NCBI GenBank assembly: GCA_001724265.1
Contig: MEDY01000241.1
Location: 1-47,319, forward strand
Direction of reading: 5' to 3'
Origin: Rhizaria sp. SCN 62-66
Lineage: Eukaryota
DNA: 47,319 bases
A model generated the notes under the pieces. It saw only the letters and a list, made by a program, of their open reading frames with translations, was not told the origin of the DNA and did no database searches. Positions 31,473-41,900 of this stretch are shown piece after piece. Each line of letters opens with the position of its first letter. Within the stretch, counting starts at the first letter, position 1. The translations under genes and the position numbers were made by a program.

Positions 31473-33575
31473 ATGAGTCTGGTCAGATCTCAAACAGGTC
31501 TCAAGACTGTTTCTCGACTTGTATCAACGCCGCAGTCGTTAAAATGGGGTGCTCTGACTAAAAGCACACATGTCCATCCTTTACCCACACAGATGCGCTT
31601 GCTCTATAACGGCCCACTGTGGCAACCTGCTCAGCAAGCGGCCGCTCTAGTCCAATCATCGTCCAGCTTCAAGTTGGGCCGCGCCCCTTCTTTCATCGCA
31701 GCCGACGTCCTGCCCGCGCCAGCGCCCGCTCGTCACGACGACCCACTGTTCCCGCATATTGACCACACCACTGCCCCGGCGCTGACCCCAGTTCCCGTGC
31801 CCCTCCCCGCGGACGGTCGTTTGACGCTGCACGCATTGAGAGCGCTCGTGTCCGCAGGCCTCATCGACTCCGTTGTCCTGGCCTTCCCCGACATCCACGG
31901 CCGACCTATGGGCAAAACGCTCGACGCGCGGTACTTTCTGGCGCACGGCCTGCGCGGCTCGCACGCGTGCGCGTACCTTCTGGGCTGCGACGTGGCCATG
32001 ACGCCGCTGCCGGATGCTGCAGTGCTGCCGGGCACGGACGGGCGCTACGGTGACGTCGAGCTTGTCCCGGACATGAGCTCTCTCTGCGTTATGGCGTGGC
32101 GCGAGAAAACTGCAATGGTCGTATGCGACGTCTATCTGCAGCAACAGCCACAGCCGCGGGAGCTGGGGGGCTCCCACGCAGTTGCGGCCGATGAGACAAC
32201 TGTGCTAAGCGGCAGTGTAGTTGCATCCAACTCGTTGCTCTCACAGACCGCGTTACAGCAGCAGGCTAAGACATGTCAAGCGAGCCTGATCAACAAAGAG
32301 GCAACAGAGCAGCACCTAGAGGTTGATTCAGCGCCGCGCACGATGCTGCGGCGCCAACTGGCCCGCGCCCGCGCACTGGGGTTCACGGTGACCGCGGCCA
32401 CAGAGCTTGAGTACTACCTCCTCCAGCTGCCCGTGCTAAGCCCCACATTGCGCGCGGACAGCGGGCACAGCGGCGGCAGCGACGGCGCGCTGCCTGGCTT
32501 TGGCGAGTCCGCTCTACTGGCGCTGTTGCCGCGGTTGCCGTCGCAGGACTATCACCTGTTGCAAGCTGGCCGCGACGAACCGCTCTCGCGCGCGCTACGA
32601 AGTGCGCTCACACGGTCAGCTGTGCCAGTTGAAGGCTCCAAGGGCGAGGCTGGACCCGGACAACAGGAGCTCAACACACGCCCTGCAAATGCGCTGGCGG
32701 CGGCTGATGCAACGGTGCGGTATAAGCTCTGCGTCAAAGATGTTGCGCGCGCGTGGGGCCGCGCTGCAACGTTTATGGCCAAGCCGTTCGCATCTCTCGC
32801 TGGATCGGGCTGTCACTTGCATGTGAACCTTGCCTGGGCTGACAGCAACGCAGATAGTCATATCAGCACAAAGGTGGCGACGTCTGCAAGTGAGAACGAG
32901 ACCAACACGGCGTGGCAGCAGGAGTACACGGCAGATGGCGATCCTGTACTTGGCGAGAATGCGTTCGCAGGCCGTGGAGGCGAAGAGTTACTGCGCGCCT
33001 TTGTGGGCGGCGTCGCCGCGCACACGCCCGCGATACTGCCGTTATTTGCGCCCAACCCGAACGCGTTCGCGCGGCTCCGCGCCGCGGTATGGGCCCCTGC
33101 GCGTGTAGGCGCGGGCGAGGACTCGCGCGCCGCGGCACTGCGCACAGTTGGCGCTCCCGGTGCGCGAGGGCGCAGGCTCGAGGTGCGCGTGGCGGGCGCG
33201 GACGCGAACCCGTACTTGGCTCTCGCAGCGGTGGTAGCGGCAGGACTAGACGGGGTCGAGCGGGCGCGGGACGCAGTGCGCGAGAGCGTGAGGTCACCGG
33301 GTGCCGCAACAATGACGACCACAATGACTGCGATGACCCGTGACGAGGTCGCGCGAATGGGAGCAAAGGCTGCGGTGGGCGCTGTCCCGGAGCAGGCGAT
33401 GCCGCGGTCGCTGCGAGAGGCGCTGGCGCTGTGGAGCGCGCCGGACTCGTTTGCACGGCGCGCATTCGGCGATGCAACGGTGGAGCATTTGGGGGCCGTG
33501 CTGGTGGCGGAGCAGGACGCGTTTGAGCTTACGGTCGGCGACTGGGAGCGCGAGCGCTATTTCGAGCAAGTATGA
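31473..33575 (+). CDS. Glutamine synthetase-superfamily gamma-glutamyl ligase, bacterial GlnA4/PuuA-like, with N-terminal extension, 700 aa
   Basis: IDSVVLAFPDIHGRPMGK, YGDVELVPD, ATELEYY, GEAGPGQQELN, ATFMAKP, GSGCHLHVNL, RLEVRVAGADANPYLALAA, DWERERYFE. No intron needed; stop TGA. Alternative ATG at 31593. Confidence 0.9.
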   Translation: MSLVRSQTGLKTVSRLVSTPQSLKWGALTKSTHVHPLPTQMRLLYNGPLWQPAQQAAALVQSSSSFKLGRAPSFIAADVLPAPAPARHDDPLFPHIDHTTAPALTPVPVPLPADGRLTLHALRALVSAGLIDSVVLAFPDIHGRPMGKTLDARYFLAHGLRGSHACAYLLGCDVAMTPLPDAAVLPGTDGRYGDVELVPDMSSLCVMAWREKTAMVVCDVYLQQQPQPRELGGSHAVAADETTVLSGSVVASNSLLSQTALQQQAKTCQASLINKEATEQHLEVDSAPRTMLRRQLARARALGFTVTAATELEYYLLQLPVLSPTLRADSGHSGGSDGALPGFGESALLALLPRLPSQDYHLLQAGRDEPLSRALRSALTRSAVPVEGSKGEAGPGQQELNTRPANALAAADATVRYKLCVKDVARAWGRAATFMAKPFASLAGSGCHLHVNLAWADSNADSHISTKVATSASENETNTAWQQEYTADGDPVLGENAFAGRGGEELLRAFVGGVAAHTPAILPLFAPNPNAFARLRAAVWAPARVGAGEDSRAAALRTVGAPGARGRRLEVRVAGADANPYLALAAVVAAGLDGVERARDAVRESVRSPGAATMTTTMTAMTRDEVARMGAKAAVGAVPEQAMPRSLREALALWSAPDSFARRAFGDATVEHLGAVLVAEQDAFELTVGDWERERYFEQV

Positions 33576-33768
33576 GAGTATCTCATTATAGTTTGTTTCA
33601 GTAAATCATGAGTTTGTGATGATGGCGTGAAATACAAAGATAATGTATTCAGCTATTCGTATCTTATTTCGTTCACATTATCACAATTACGATGACAAAT
33701 CTGGCCCAAGTGAGTCACTGGCCACGGGTGCGCTTTCATTCATTCCTTTAACACTGCACTCCACAGTT

Positions 33769-34777
33769 TCACATGACCACCGCCTTGCGCTCCTTGGCCT
33801 TCTGCACCGCCGCAGCCGCCTTCTCCTTCTCCGCCTCCGCGGCCGCCGCAGCCTCTCCCTCTGCGTTCTTGTCGCGCAGAGGATGCGAGGGCGCAGACAT
33901 GGCCTCGAGCTCGGCCATCAAAGCGTCGTCGCCCGCCGCGGCCAGCGCGTCCACCGCCGCCGCAGTCGACTGCACAGGGGTCTTAGCAACCAAAGCGGCA
34001 GCGGGCTCTGTAGCCGTCGTGGTGGCGGCGGTGGCCTTGGCGGGCTCGATCGTCGTTTTTGCGGTTGTCTTTGCGGTGGTTTTGGTGTCCACTTCCATCT
34101 GAGCGAGCATGCGTGCGTACTCGGCCTCGACGTCTTCCTCTTCTTCGGAGGTCAGCGACGTCGCCAGCGCGGAAGACATCTCCTGTTGTGATGCAGCAAT
34201 TGCAGCAAAGCAAAATGAATAAGCAAAGCAACGTTGAGTCAAATCCAAAAGTGACAGAGAGCGTTGATGTGCAGAGGCGAAAACTCGAGAAAGAAAATGA
34301 CATGTGTGAGATGAAGCTTGCGCTGATGAATATACGCACCTCCTGAATACGGAGCGACTCCGCAGTGTCATCCATGAGTGCCTCAACGTCCTCGACGGAC
34401 ATCTCACGCTGTAACGCCTTGAGCGCCTCGTTACCCAGATGCAGCACATCAAACACCTGCTTGGCCACCGCGGCGGACTCGATGTCGTTGATGAGCTGCT
34501 CCACGTTCAACTGCTGATTCTGCGCGCGGTCCAGCAAAGACTCCTGGTACTTTTTCTTCTTGAGAACCATGACGGCGCGCTTCTTGTTGCCGTCTGCGAG
34601 CAGCGCGCGCGCCACGGCGGCCTCGCGACTGACGATCGACTCGAGGCCTTGGCGGTATTGCCGCAGCTTGTCGCGCTGCCGCTTCAGCTCAAGCACCGCG
34701 CGGTCTTTGTCGGTGACTTTGTTGCTGTTGCTGCCCGCGGGGGCCGCCTTGGAGGCCTTGGAGCTGCTGCCGCCCAT
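33769..34777 (-). CDS. VPS20: ESCRT-III subunit VPS20/CHMP6 (Snf7 family), 2 exons, ~283 aa
   Basis: Myristoylation-type start MGGSSSK; VTDKDRAVLELKRQRDKLRQY, LKKKKYQESLL, GNEALKALQREMSVEDVEALMDDTAE. Exons 34777-34340 and 34182-33769; intron 34339-34183 (GTGCGT...CAG); stop TGA. Confidence 0.95.
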
Positions 34778-35242
34778 GCCTGCGAGGCGCTGTACAACGA
34801 AGGTAATGCAATCAGCCACAAGCAGGAGCGAGGGTGAAACGGAGGTGAAATTGGAGGCACTAATGAGCTCATATAGAGATATAATTAACCTATAACATAT
34901 GTACAATGTGTCTAATCAAGGAAATCATAGACACTCGCCAGGTTGACGATCAATAGTGCCACATCGCTTGGTGATTAACATGAGATCAAGTGACTGTGGG
35001 CCGAGCCGAGTAGTTGAACAGCGGTGAGGGAAACGGTCAGTAAGTTCACTTTGACCGCGATAATCTCACCAATTCCTTCGTTGTTCAAACTTTCACCAAC
35101 ATTTTTGATGTGTAAAATGTTTTATTTTGTGTTATTCTATTTGTCACAGTCTGAAAATGTGTGTATATCTTAGAACTAACCTCAGCTTTACTCTCTCATT
35201 GTTCGAATTTCCCGCATGTTTCCGCTGGCACTAGCAGCCACG

Positions 35243-36136
35243 ATGAGTGATGAAGATGGTCCCGATATGGCCCTACGCAAGCTCAACCAGCAGCCTGGCG
35301 TTGCTGGATACGTTGTCCTTTCCAAGACTGGTCCGTTCTTGCTTCTCTATCCCTTTCAGTCACATGTCATGGAGCCGCATCGTTTGCTTTGCGTTGCTTA
35401 CTCCCCATTGAATGCTCACCTGTGTTTGTCTCCTCATGTCTTCTCAAACTGTTTTTGTAGGTGTGCCCGTCAAGTTTCACAACATGGACAATGCTAAGGC
35501 GCTCCAGTATGCTGCGCTCGTCTCCGAGATGACCATCAGGTACGCATTTTCTTTCACGAAGTTGTTGTCCAGTTTTGTCTCCATCACCTTGCACTAACAT
35601 GCCATGATCTGTCCTCTTTCCATGCTCCACCTCTCATAGCACGCGCGAGTTCCTGCAGAAGCGCCTTTTCAAGCCCGAGGAGGACGACACAGAGCTGCGC
35701 ACGCTCCGTATTCGCACTCGCAAGCACGAAATCGTCGTTTGCCCCGGTACGTCTCAAACACTAATTCATTTCTTGTTGTCTTATCACACAGCGCAACATT
35801 CTTGCCCTCACTTGTTATGTACTGAGTAGGTGCAGCGTCTGGGCGCTACACAGATGCGCCTCCACCTTGAGCCATTATTGGCTACTGTCTTGTTGACTTG
35901 CTGCGGTGTGAGATGTAACCTTGCTTTCTAACTCTGCCTTCGACACTTGCTCCTGGCTTCCTTGATTCCTTTCTCGCCCCATCGTTGCGCCCCCTGCAGA
36001 CGAGAACTTCACCCTGGTCGTGCTGCACCACGCCGGCGCCCAGGGCGCGCGCCTCGAGGAGGAGAACGCCGCGGCCGCCGCCGCTGCCGCGGCCGCCGCC
36101 GCTGCCAAGGATGAGGGCGGCGAGAGCACCGCGTAA
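35243..36136 (+). CDS. DYNLRB: Dynein light chain roadblock/LC7 family protein, 4 exons, ~136 aa (not recovered as one ORF by the track)
   Basis: Exons 35243-35330, 35461-35539, 35640-35746 and 36000-36136 splice in frame (411 nt) to ...QPGVAGYVVLSKTGVPVK..ALQYAALVSEM..ELRTLRIRTRKHEIVVCPDENFTLVVLH, the roadblock signature, followed by a poly-Ala tail; stop TAA. Confidence 0.92.
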
Positions 36137-36917
36137 ATGTCGCAATCAGGCTGCCAGTGCGATGTAAGTACTACTTAGATGCGAGGCAAGAACGCCTCAT
36201 GGGATAACCTGAACAAAATGACCATAAAATCGGTCGCATCGATTTCGTCGAGCGTGCGCACCGACACGTGCAGAACATGAATATTGTCGAAGCTGTTGCA
36301 CATTGCCCGTAAGACCGACATTTTCGGGCTGCAGATGCGGCCGGTGGTACATGCGGTTGCATTATAAAGACGTAGCGTGTACATAACGCGAGCTTAGAGA
36401 CCGCTAGACTGTCTCTGCTCGCTGTTAGGGGAGTGTTACGCATTTGTTGCCCTGGGAGGAGACATTGGGAAGGGTAAATTCGACTGATAGGGGGGAGTAA
36501 TATTAAGAGAGCGGGTAAGTAATAGGCCCGCAACGATACAAAGCTTTCTTTTTTTGACATCGTTCAAAATTTGTCCGATCGGAAGTGATCTATCCCTGTA
36601 GATAACTTCAAAACAGTGCGTGCACACGGTCACTTGCGACACGATCGTCGTCCTAGTTCGAGATCATCCTCGAAACGGACCTGGTATTTGTGGCTCAATA
36701 TGATCACGCATTGGGAATTTTAGAATACCATTTGGTTTAACGCGTTGCATTTAATGAATATATAATTTAACAGCGCATGATCTGTGCGAAACCACTCTTT
36801 ATTTGGACGAGATCTATCGTCGCAACGATTTCCATGGCGCACTCTAGAGTTTGCTGAATCAGCACTCGGTTCCCACGTCTCACCGCTTCTGTCGCTCTCT
36901 GCTTTGCTTGCCAACAG

Positions 36918-38435
36918 ATGCGCTCTACGCTCATCTTCTTTACGCTCGCGTTTCTCGGGCTGTTTTGCTCCGCCTTCGCGGCCGCGCCCGCTCCCGGCGA
37001 GGGCCTGACTTTCGGCGCCGACGTTGTCACTCTCACCTCGGACAACTTCGAGGACTTCATCAACCAGGAGACCGTTCTCGTCGCCTTCACCGCGCCCTGG
37101 TGCGGCCACTGCAAGAACCTCAAGGGTCCCCTCTCTGCCGCTGCCACCACGCTCAAGGCCGAGGGCATCGCTGTCGGCAACGTCGACGCGACTGTCTACG
37201 GCGACATCGCCCAGCGCTTCGGCGTTCGTGGCTACCCCACGCTCAAGATCTTCAAGTCCGGCAAGGACTTCGAGTACGCCGGCACCCGCACCCCCGAGGG
37301 CCTTGTCAAGGGCGTCCGCGCCAAGGCTGGCGCCGGTTACGCGACTGTGGCCACCGCCGACGCCGCCAAGGCGTTCGTCGCCGCGCGCCCCGCCAACTAC
37401 GGTTTCGCCTTCGTCGGCGTTTTCCCTTCCGGCCTGAACTCCAAGCTCGCCAAGTCTTTCCTCGGCGCCGCTGACTCCCTCCGCGAGCTCCGCTCCGCCG
37501 CCGTCGCCTCCACGGCCGACGCCGCCGCCGGCTTCGGCGTTTCTGGCGCTTCCGAGGGCGTTTTCGTTGTCCGTCCCTGGGGCACCCCCGTCGCGGTCGA
37601 GTACACTGGCGACGAGTCCAGCTCCAACGACATCACGGCCTGGGTCTACGCCAGCGCGCGCCCCGTTGTCGGCTGGTACGATGACGCGTACGCGCCGATC
37701 TACACCGCCGCCAAGAAGCACGTCGCCAAGGTGTTCGTCCCCGTTTCGGGCTCGGACGCCTCGCAGGTGCGCTACTTCGCCAACCGTGTGCGCAAGGCCG
37801 CCGAGAAGCACGCCGACACCCTCGTCGCCGTTGTCGCCGGCACCGGTGACGGCATCGCGCGCCAGGAGGTTTCCGCTTTCGGCTTCGGCAAGAACCCCAT
37901 CGTCGTGGTCCACGAGGACGGCGATGCCAGTCAAGTGTACCGCATGGAGACTGATTTTTCCCCCGCCAACGTCGCCGCATTCTTCGATGCCTTCGCCGCC
38001 GGCTCGCTGGAGAAGTTCGTCAAGTCCGAGCCCGTTCCCGCGACCCAGGGCCCCGTCACTGTGGTCGTCGGCAAGACTTTCGACGCGCTCGTGGCCAAGA
38101 ACGACGAGCAGGACGTGATGATCGAGTTCTACGCCCCCTGGTGCGGCCACTGCAAGTCGCTTGAGCCCAAGTACACGGCGCTCGGTGAGAAGGTTAAGGC
38201 TGAGCTCACGGACCGTCAGGTCGTCGTCGGTAAGCTTGATGCCACCGCCAACGACTGGGCTAAGGGCCAGTTCGAGGTCTCGGGTTACCCCACCATCTTC
38301 TTCAAGCCCGCCGGTGGCAAGCCCGTCGTGTACAACGGCGCGCGCGAGACCGAGGCGCTTTTCAAGTACATCTCCGAGAACGCCAAGTCTAAGCCCGCTG
38401 CCGCCGGCAGCGACGACGGCAAGGACGAGCTCTAA
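36918..38435 (+). CDS. PDI: Protein disulfide isomerase (a-b-b'-a'), ER lumen, 505 aa
   Basis: Hydrophobic signal peptide, two APWCGHCK active sites (37098-37112, 38139-38153), GYPT loops, C-terminal KDEL; strong C-ending codon bias; stop TAA. Confidence 0.98.
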   Translation: MRSTLIFFTLAFLGLFCSAFAAAPAPGEGLTFGADVVTLTSDNFEDFINQETVLVAFTAPWCGHCKNLKGPLSAAATTLKAEGIAVGNVDATVYGDIAQRFGVRGYPTLKIFKSGKDFEYAGTRTPEGLVKGVRAKAGAGYATVATADAAKAFVAARPANYGFAFVGVFPSGLNSKLAKSFLGAADSLRELRSAAVASTADAAAGFGVSGASEGVFVVRPWGTPVAVEYTGDESSSNDITAWVYASARPVVGWYDDAYAPIYTAAKKHVAKVFVPVSGSDASQVRYFANRVRKAAEKHADTLVAVVAGTGDGIARQEVSAFGFGKNPIVVVHEDGDASQVYRMETDFSPANVAAFFDAFAAGSLEKFVKSEPVPATQGPVTVVVGKTFDALVAKNDEQDVMIEFYAPWCGHCKSLEPKYTALGEKVKAELTDRQVVVGKLDATANDWAKGQFEVSGYPTIFFKPAGGKPVVYNGARETEALFKYISENAKSKPAAAGSDDGKDEL

Positions 38436-38979
38436 GCCTCTTTAAGAGCCAAGCTGCTTAGGATTGTGTAACAGTATATTTTGATGGCAGATCGTATGTT
38501 GCACATGTAATTTTCTGATATAATATACTGAATACAATGATGTTCTCATTCTATCTGGTTTCGTTCATGCTTTTGCCGTATATCAACCTGTGTCCAACCC
38601 GAAAGACGTTTTCGTCTTTGGGGCTAGCCGTTTACTTAGTTATGGTGGCGGATCTTGGAGGACTCTCGACACAGAGCTTTGCCAATCTATAACTCGTATT
38701 ATTCCCGTCGTCAATATCGAGTTGGTTGTGTTTAATCACTTGAGCGCGCACCTTTCATAACTATACTAAATTTTTTAATCATGAAACGTGCGGCATTGGC
38801 CCAAATCTAACTTCTTGGAAGGGACAATGCAAGCTGCGTCATCGGTGCTCCATGCATGTCATAAACCACAACACTTCGCTATTAAGACGCTTTTACTCAC
38901 CGAAACCAACAATGCATCCGTATTTTATAGACTAAGGTTCCGCCTACTGGCTTGTTTCAGTGGCGTTGCTTCCTCCCCA

Positions 38980-41900
38980 ATGTCTTCCGCCACCGCTTCC
39001 TCGCCCGTGGCCCCCGAAGGCACGAGCGCTGTGCCTGCAACGCACCGTGCAAGCGACGTCGTCGTCGTCAAGTCCGAGCACGATCCCAACGAGTACCGCC
39101 ACTACACGCTCGCCAACGGGCTCGCCGTGCTGCTTGTCAAGACGCCATATGGAGCCGCCAACGCGGCGGATAATGACTCTGCTCCCGTGGCCGCCGAGGC
39201 CGACGCTGCGACTGAGGCCGCGATCACCACTCCCCCACTTCCAGCCGCGTCGCCCGCGACGGTGAGCGCGCCGGCCGGCGGCGCAGTGAGCAAGCCCGCC
39301 GCGGTTGCGATCAGCGTGCGCACGGGCTTCTTCAAGGACCCCGCCGCGTTCCCAGGTCTTGCGCACTTCCTGGAACACATGCTCTTCATGGGCTCCGGTA
39401 AGTACCCCGGTGAGAACCAGTGGGAAGAGTTCATCTCCGCGCACGGCGGGTACTCGAACGCGTCCACTGACGCCGAGCACACCGTCTACCAGTTCGAGAT
39501 CCATCCGCGCAAGCTCGTCCCCGCGCTCGACATGTTCGCGCACTTCTTCATCTCGCCGCGTTTCGCGCCGGATGCTGTGGGTCGCGAAGTCCGCGCCGTG
39601 CACTCGGAGTTCAAGGAGACGCTGCAGAGTGACTTCGCGCGCGGGCTGGATGTTGTGTCCGAAACGTGCGTCTCGGGGCACCCGCTGTCGATCTTCGGCT
39701 GGGGCAATATCGACTCGCTGGAGAAGGAGCCCGCGCGGAGGGGACTCGTCACACGTGATGCGCTCGTCAAGTTCCACGGCGAGAACTACTCCGCTGCGCA
39801 CATGACGCTCGTACGTTTTCGCATTCTATGCGTTTTTTATTATCAATCTATCTGAATTATGTATTGATACCGTCTTGCTTGCTTACTTGGCTCATATTTG
39901 TTTTAATATCATCGTGCTCTTTGCTCTCTCTGTAGTGCGTTGTCGTCGACTCCTCGCGTGAGGCGCAGTCCTTTGACGAGCTCATCGACGCGATCAACGA
40001 CACGTTTTCCGCCGTCCCCGTCATCTACGCCAACAACAACGACGATGGCAACGACAGGGGGAGTGCCGGCGCTGAGATGACTGGTGGCAATGCTCAGTCT
40101 GTGACAGCTCGCCGCCCTCGCGCGCGCAACGACTATGCAGACACGCCGCACCCGTTCCTCGGCGCGTGCGCAGGCCACCTGTGCCGCATTGCGCCCGTGC
40201 GCGACACCGCCACGCTCTCAGTCACCTGGGCCGTGCCCTGCCAGCACTCGGCCTACAACGCCAAGCCCGTGTCCGTGCTGGAGATGGTCATCGGCCACGA
40301 GGCCGAGGGCTCGCTGCTCGCGCTGCTTAAGACCCGCGGGCTCGCCACCGCGCTGACCGCGGGCGTCGACGGCGACGACGTGGCGTTCGGCTCGGGCCAC
40401 TGGATCTTCTCCGTAGCCGTCACGCTCACCGTCCGCGGCGCGGCGCAGTGGCGCGAGGTCGCCGCGCTTGTCGTCGCCGCGCCGCGCGCGCTGGCCGCCG
40501 CGAGCGACGCCGAGCTGGAGCGGCTGTGGGCCGAGCTGCGGGCGATCCGCGCCGCGTCGTTCCGGTACGCGCCGCAGCAAGACGCGCTGGACTTCGCGGA
40601 AACGACCGTGGGACTGATGCAAGTCTATCCGGCGCAGGACACGCTGTCGGGCAGTGTATTGGTGGCCGAGAGCGATGTCCCGCGGCTGCGGGCGCTGCTG
40701 GCGCTCATGACGGCGGCGCGTGCGCGCTACGACCTCTCGAGCAAGGCCGAGACGCGGCGGCTGCAGGCGCTGCCCAACTGGGGCAAGCCTGTCCAGGCGC
40801 GGCCGGTGCAGGCCGCCTACGCGCGCGCGCTCGCGAAAACGGCGGCGGCCGGCGGTGCTACTTCCGAGCGGAAGGACGCCTCCGCCGGCAACCACAGCGG
40901 CAGCGATGAGGACGAGGACGAGGACGAGGACGAGGGCAAGGACACTGCGGACTCTGATGAGGCCGCGATTGCCGCCGTGAGTGACAGCGACATGGCGTTT
41001 GACGGCAACACTGTCTACACCACCAAGTACTTCAAGGTCAAGTTCTCCCGCGAAGTTCTGCCGCCGGCGCTGCTGGCTGAGTGGGACACCGCCGCGCCGC
41101 CCGCTGAGCTGCAGGTGCCGGCGCCGAACGAGTTCATCGCGACCGACTTCACTCTGGAGCCCGTGCGGTCCCCGTGGGAGGTGGCGCCCGCGGTGTTGCG
41201 GGACATCGCCGCAGCCAACGCGCGCGCCAACGCGGCGGCGGGCCGGATCACTGCCGACGCCGCTGACGCCGCGGTGGCCGCGGTTGACTCGGCCGTGGCC
41301 GCCATCGTCGCTCGCCAGCGCGCCAATGCCGCCGCCGGCCGCCCCGCGTTTTCTGCTGGTGACGACGCTGCTAGTGTGCAGTATCCCGCGTTCCCGGTCA
41401 CGCGCGCGCTAGCGGAGGGCTACCCGGCGCTGTTGCGCGACTCGGGGCTGCCGTCTGCGGCCGCGGATGACAGCAGCAGCGCGACCCAGCTCGGCGACTC
41501 CGCCCGCGAGTGCGAGCGCGACTGCCACGACTGTGACAGTGGAGCAGAGAGCGGCGTCTGGCTCGAGCGCGCGGGCGGGTACCCGCGCCACTTGATGCGC
41601 CACCCCGCCCTCTGGCGCCCCGCCCCGCGCTCCCCCGCTAACGCCACTGCCGCTGCGACTGCAGCGAGCGCGGATGTGCATGTGCCCGGGAGCGAGCTGT
41701 GGTACCTGCCCGACCCCCGCTTTCGCGCCCCGCGCGGCAGCATCGTGCTCGTGCTGCAGTCCCCCGCCGCCTACGCGACGCCGCTGCACGTGGTGCACAC
41801 GCGTCTCCTCCTCGCGCTGCTGACCGACGCACTGGACGAAACCACCTACGCTGCCGAAGTCGCCGAGACGCGCGTCGAGACTGACTGCCTCCGCGCGGGG

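Noticed and set aside
36720-38150. 476-aa minus-strand ORF opposite PDI
   Set aside because: Antisense mirror caused by the strong codon bias of PDI.
38598-38623. Hairpin AAAGACG-TTTT-CGTCTTT resembling a terminator
   Set aside because: Short 7-bp stem in a eukaryotic spacer with no U-tail; compatible with chance.
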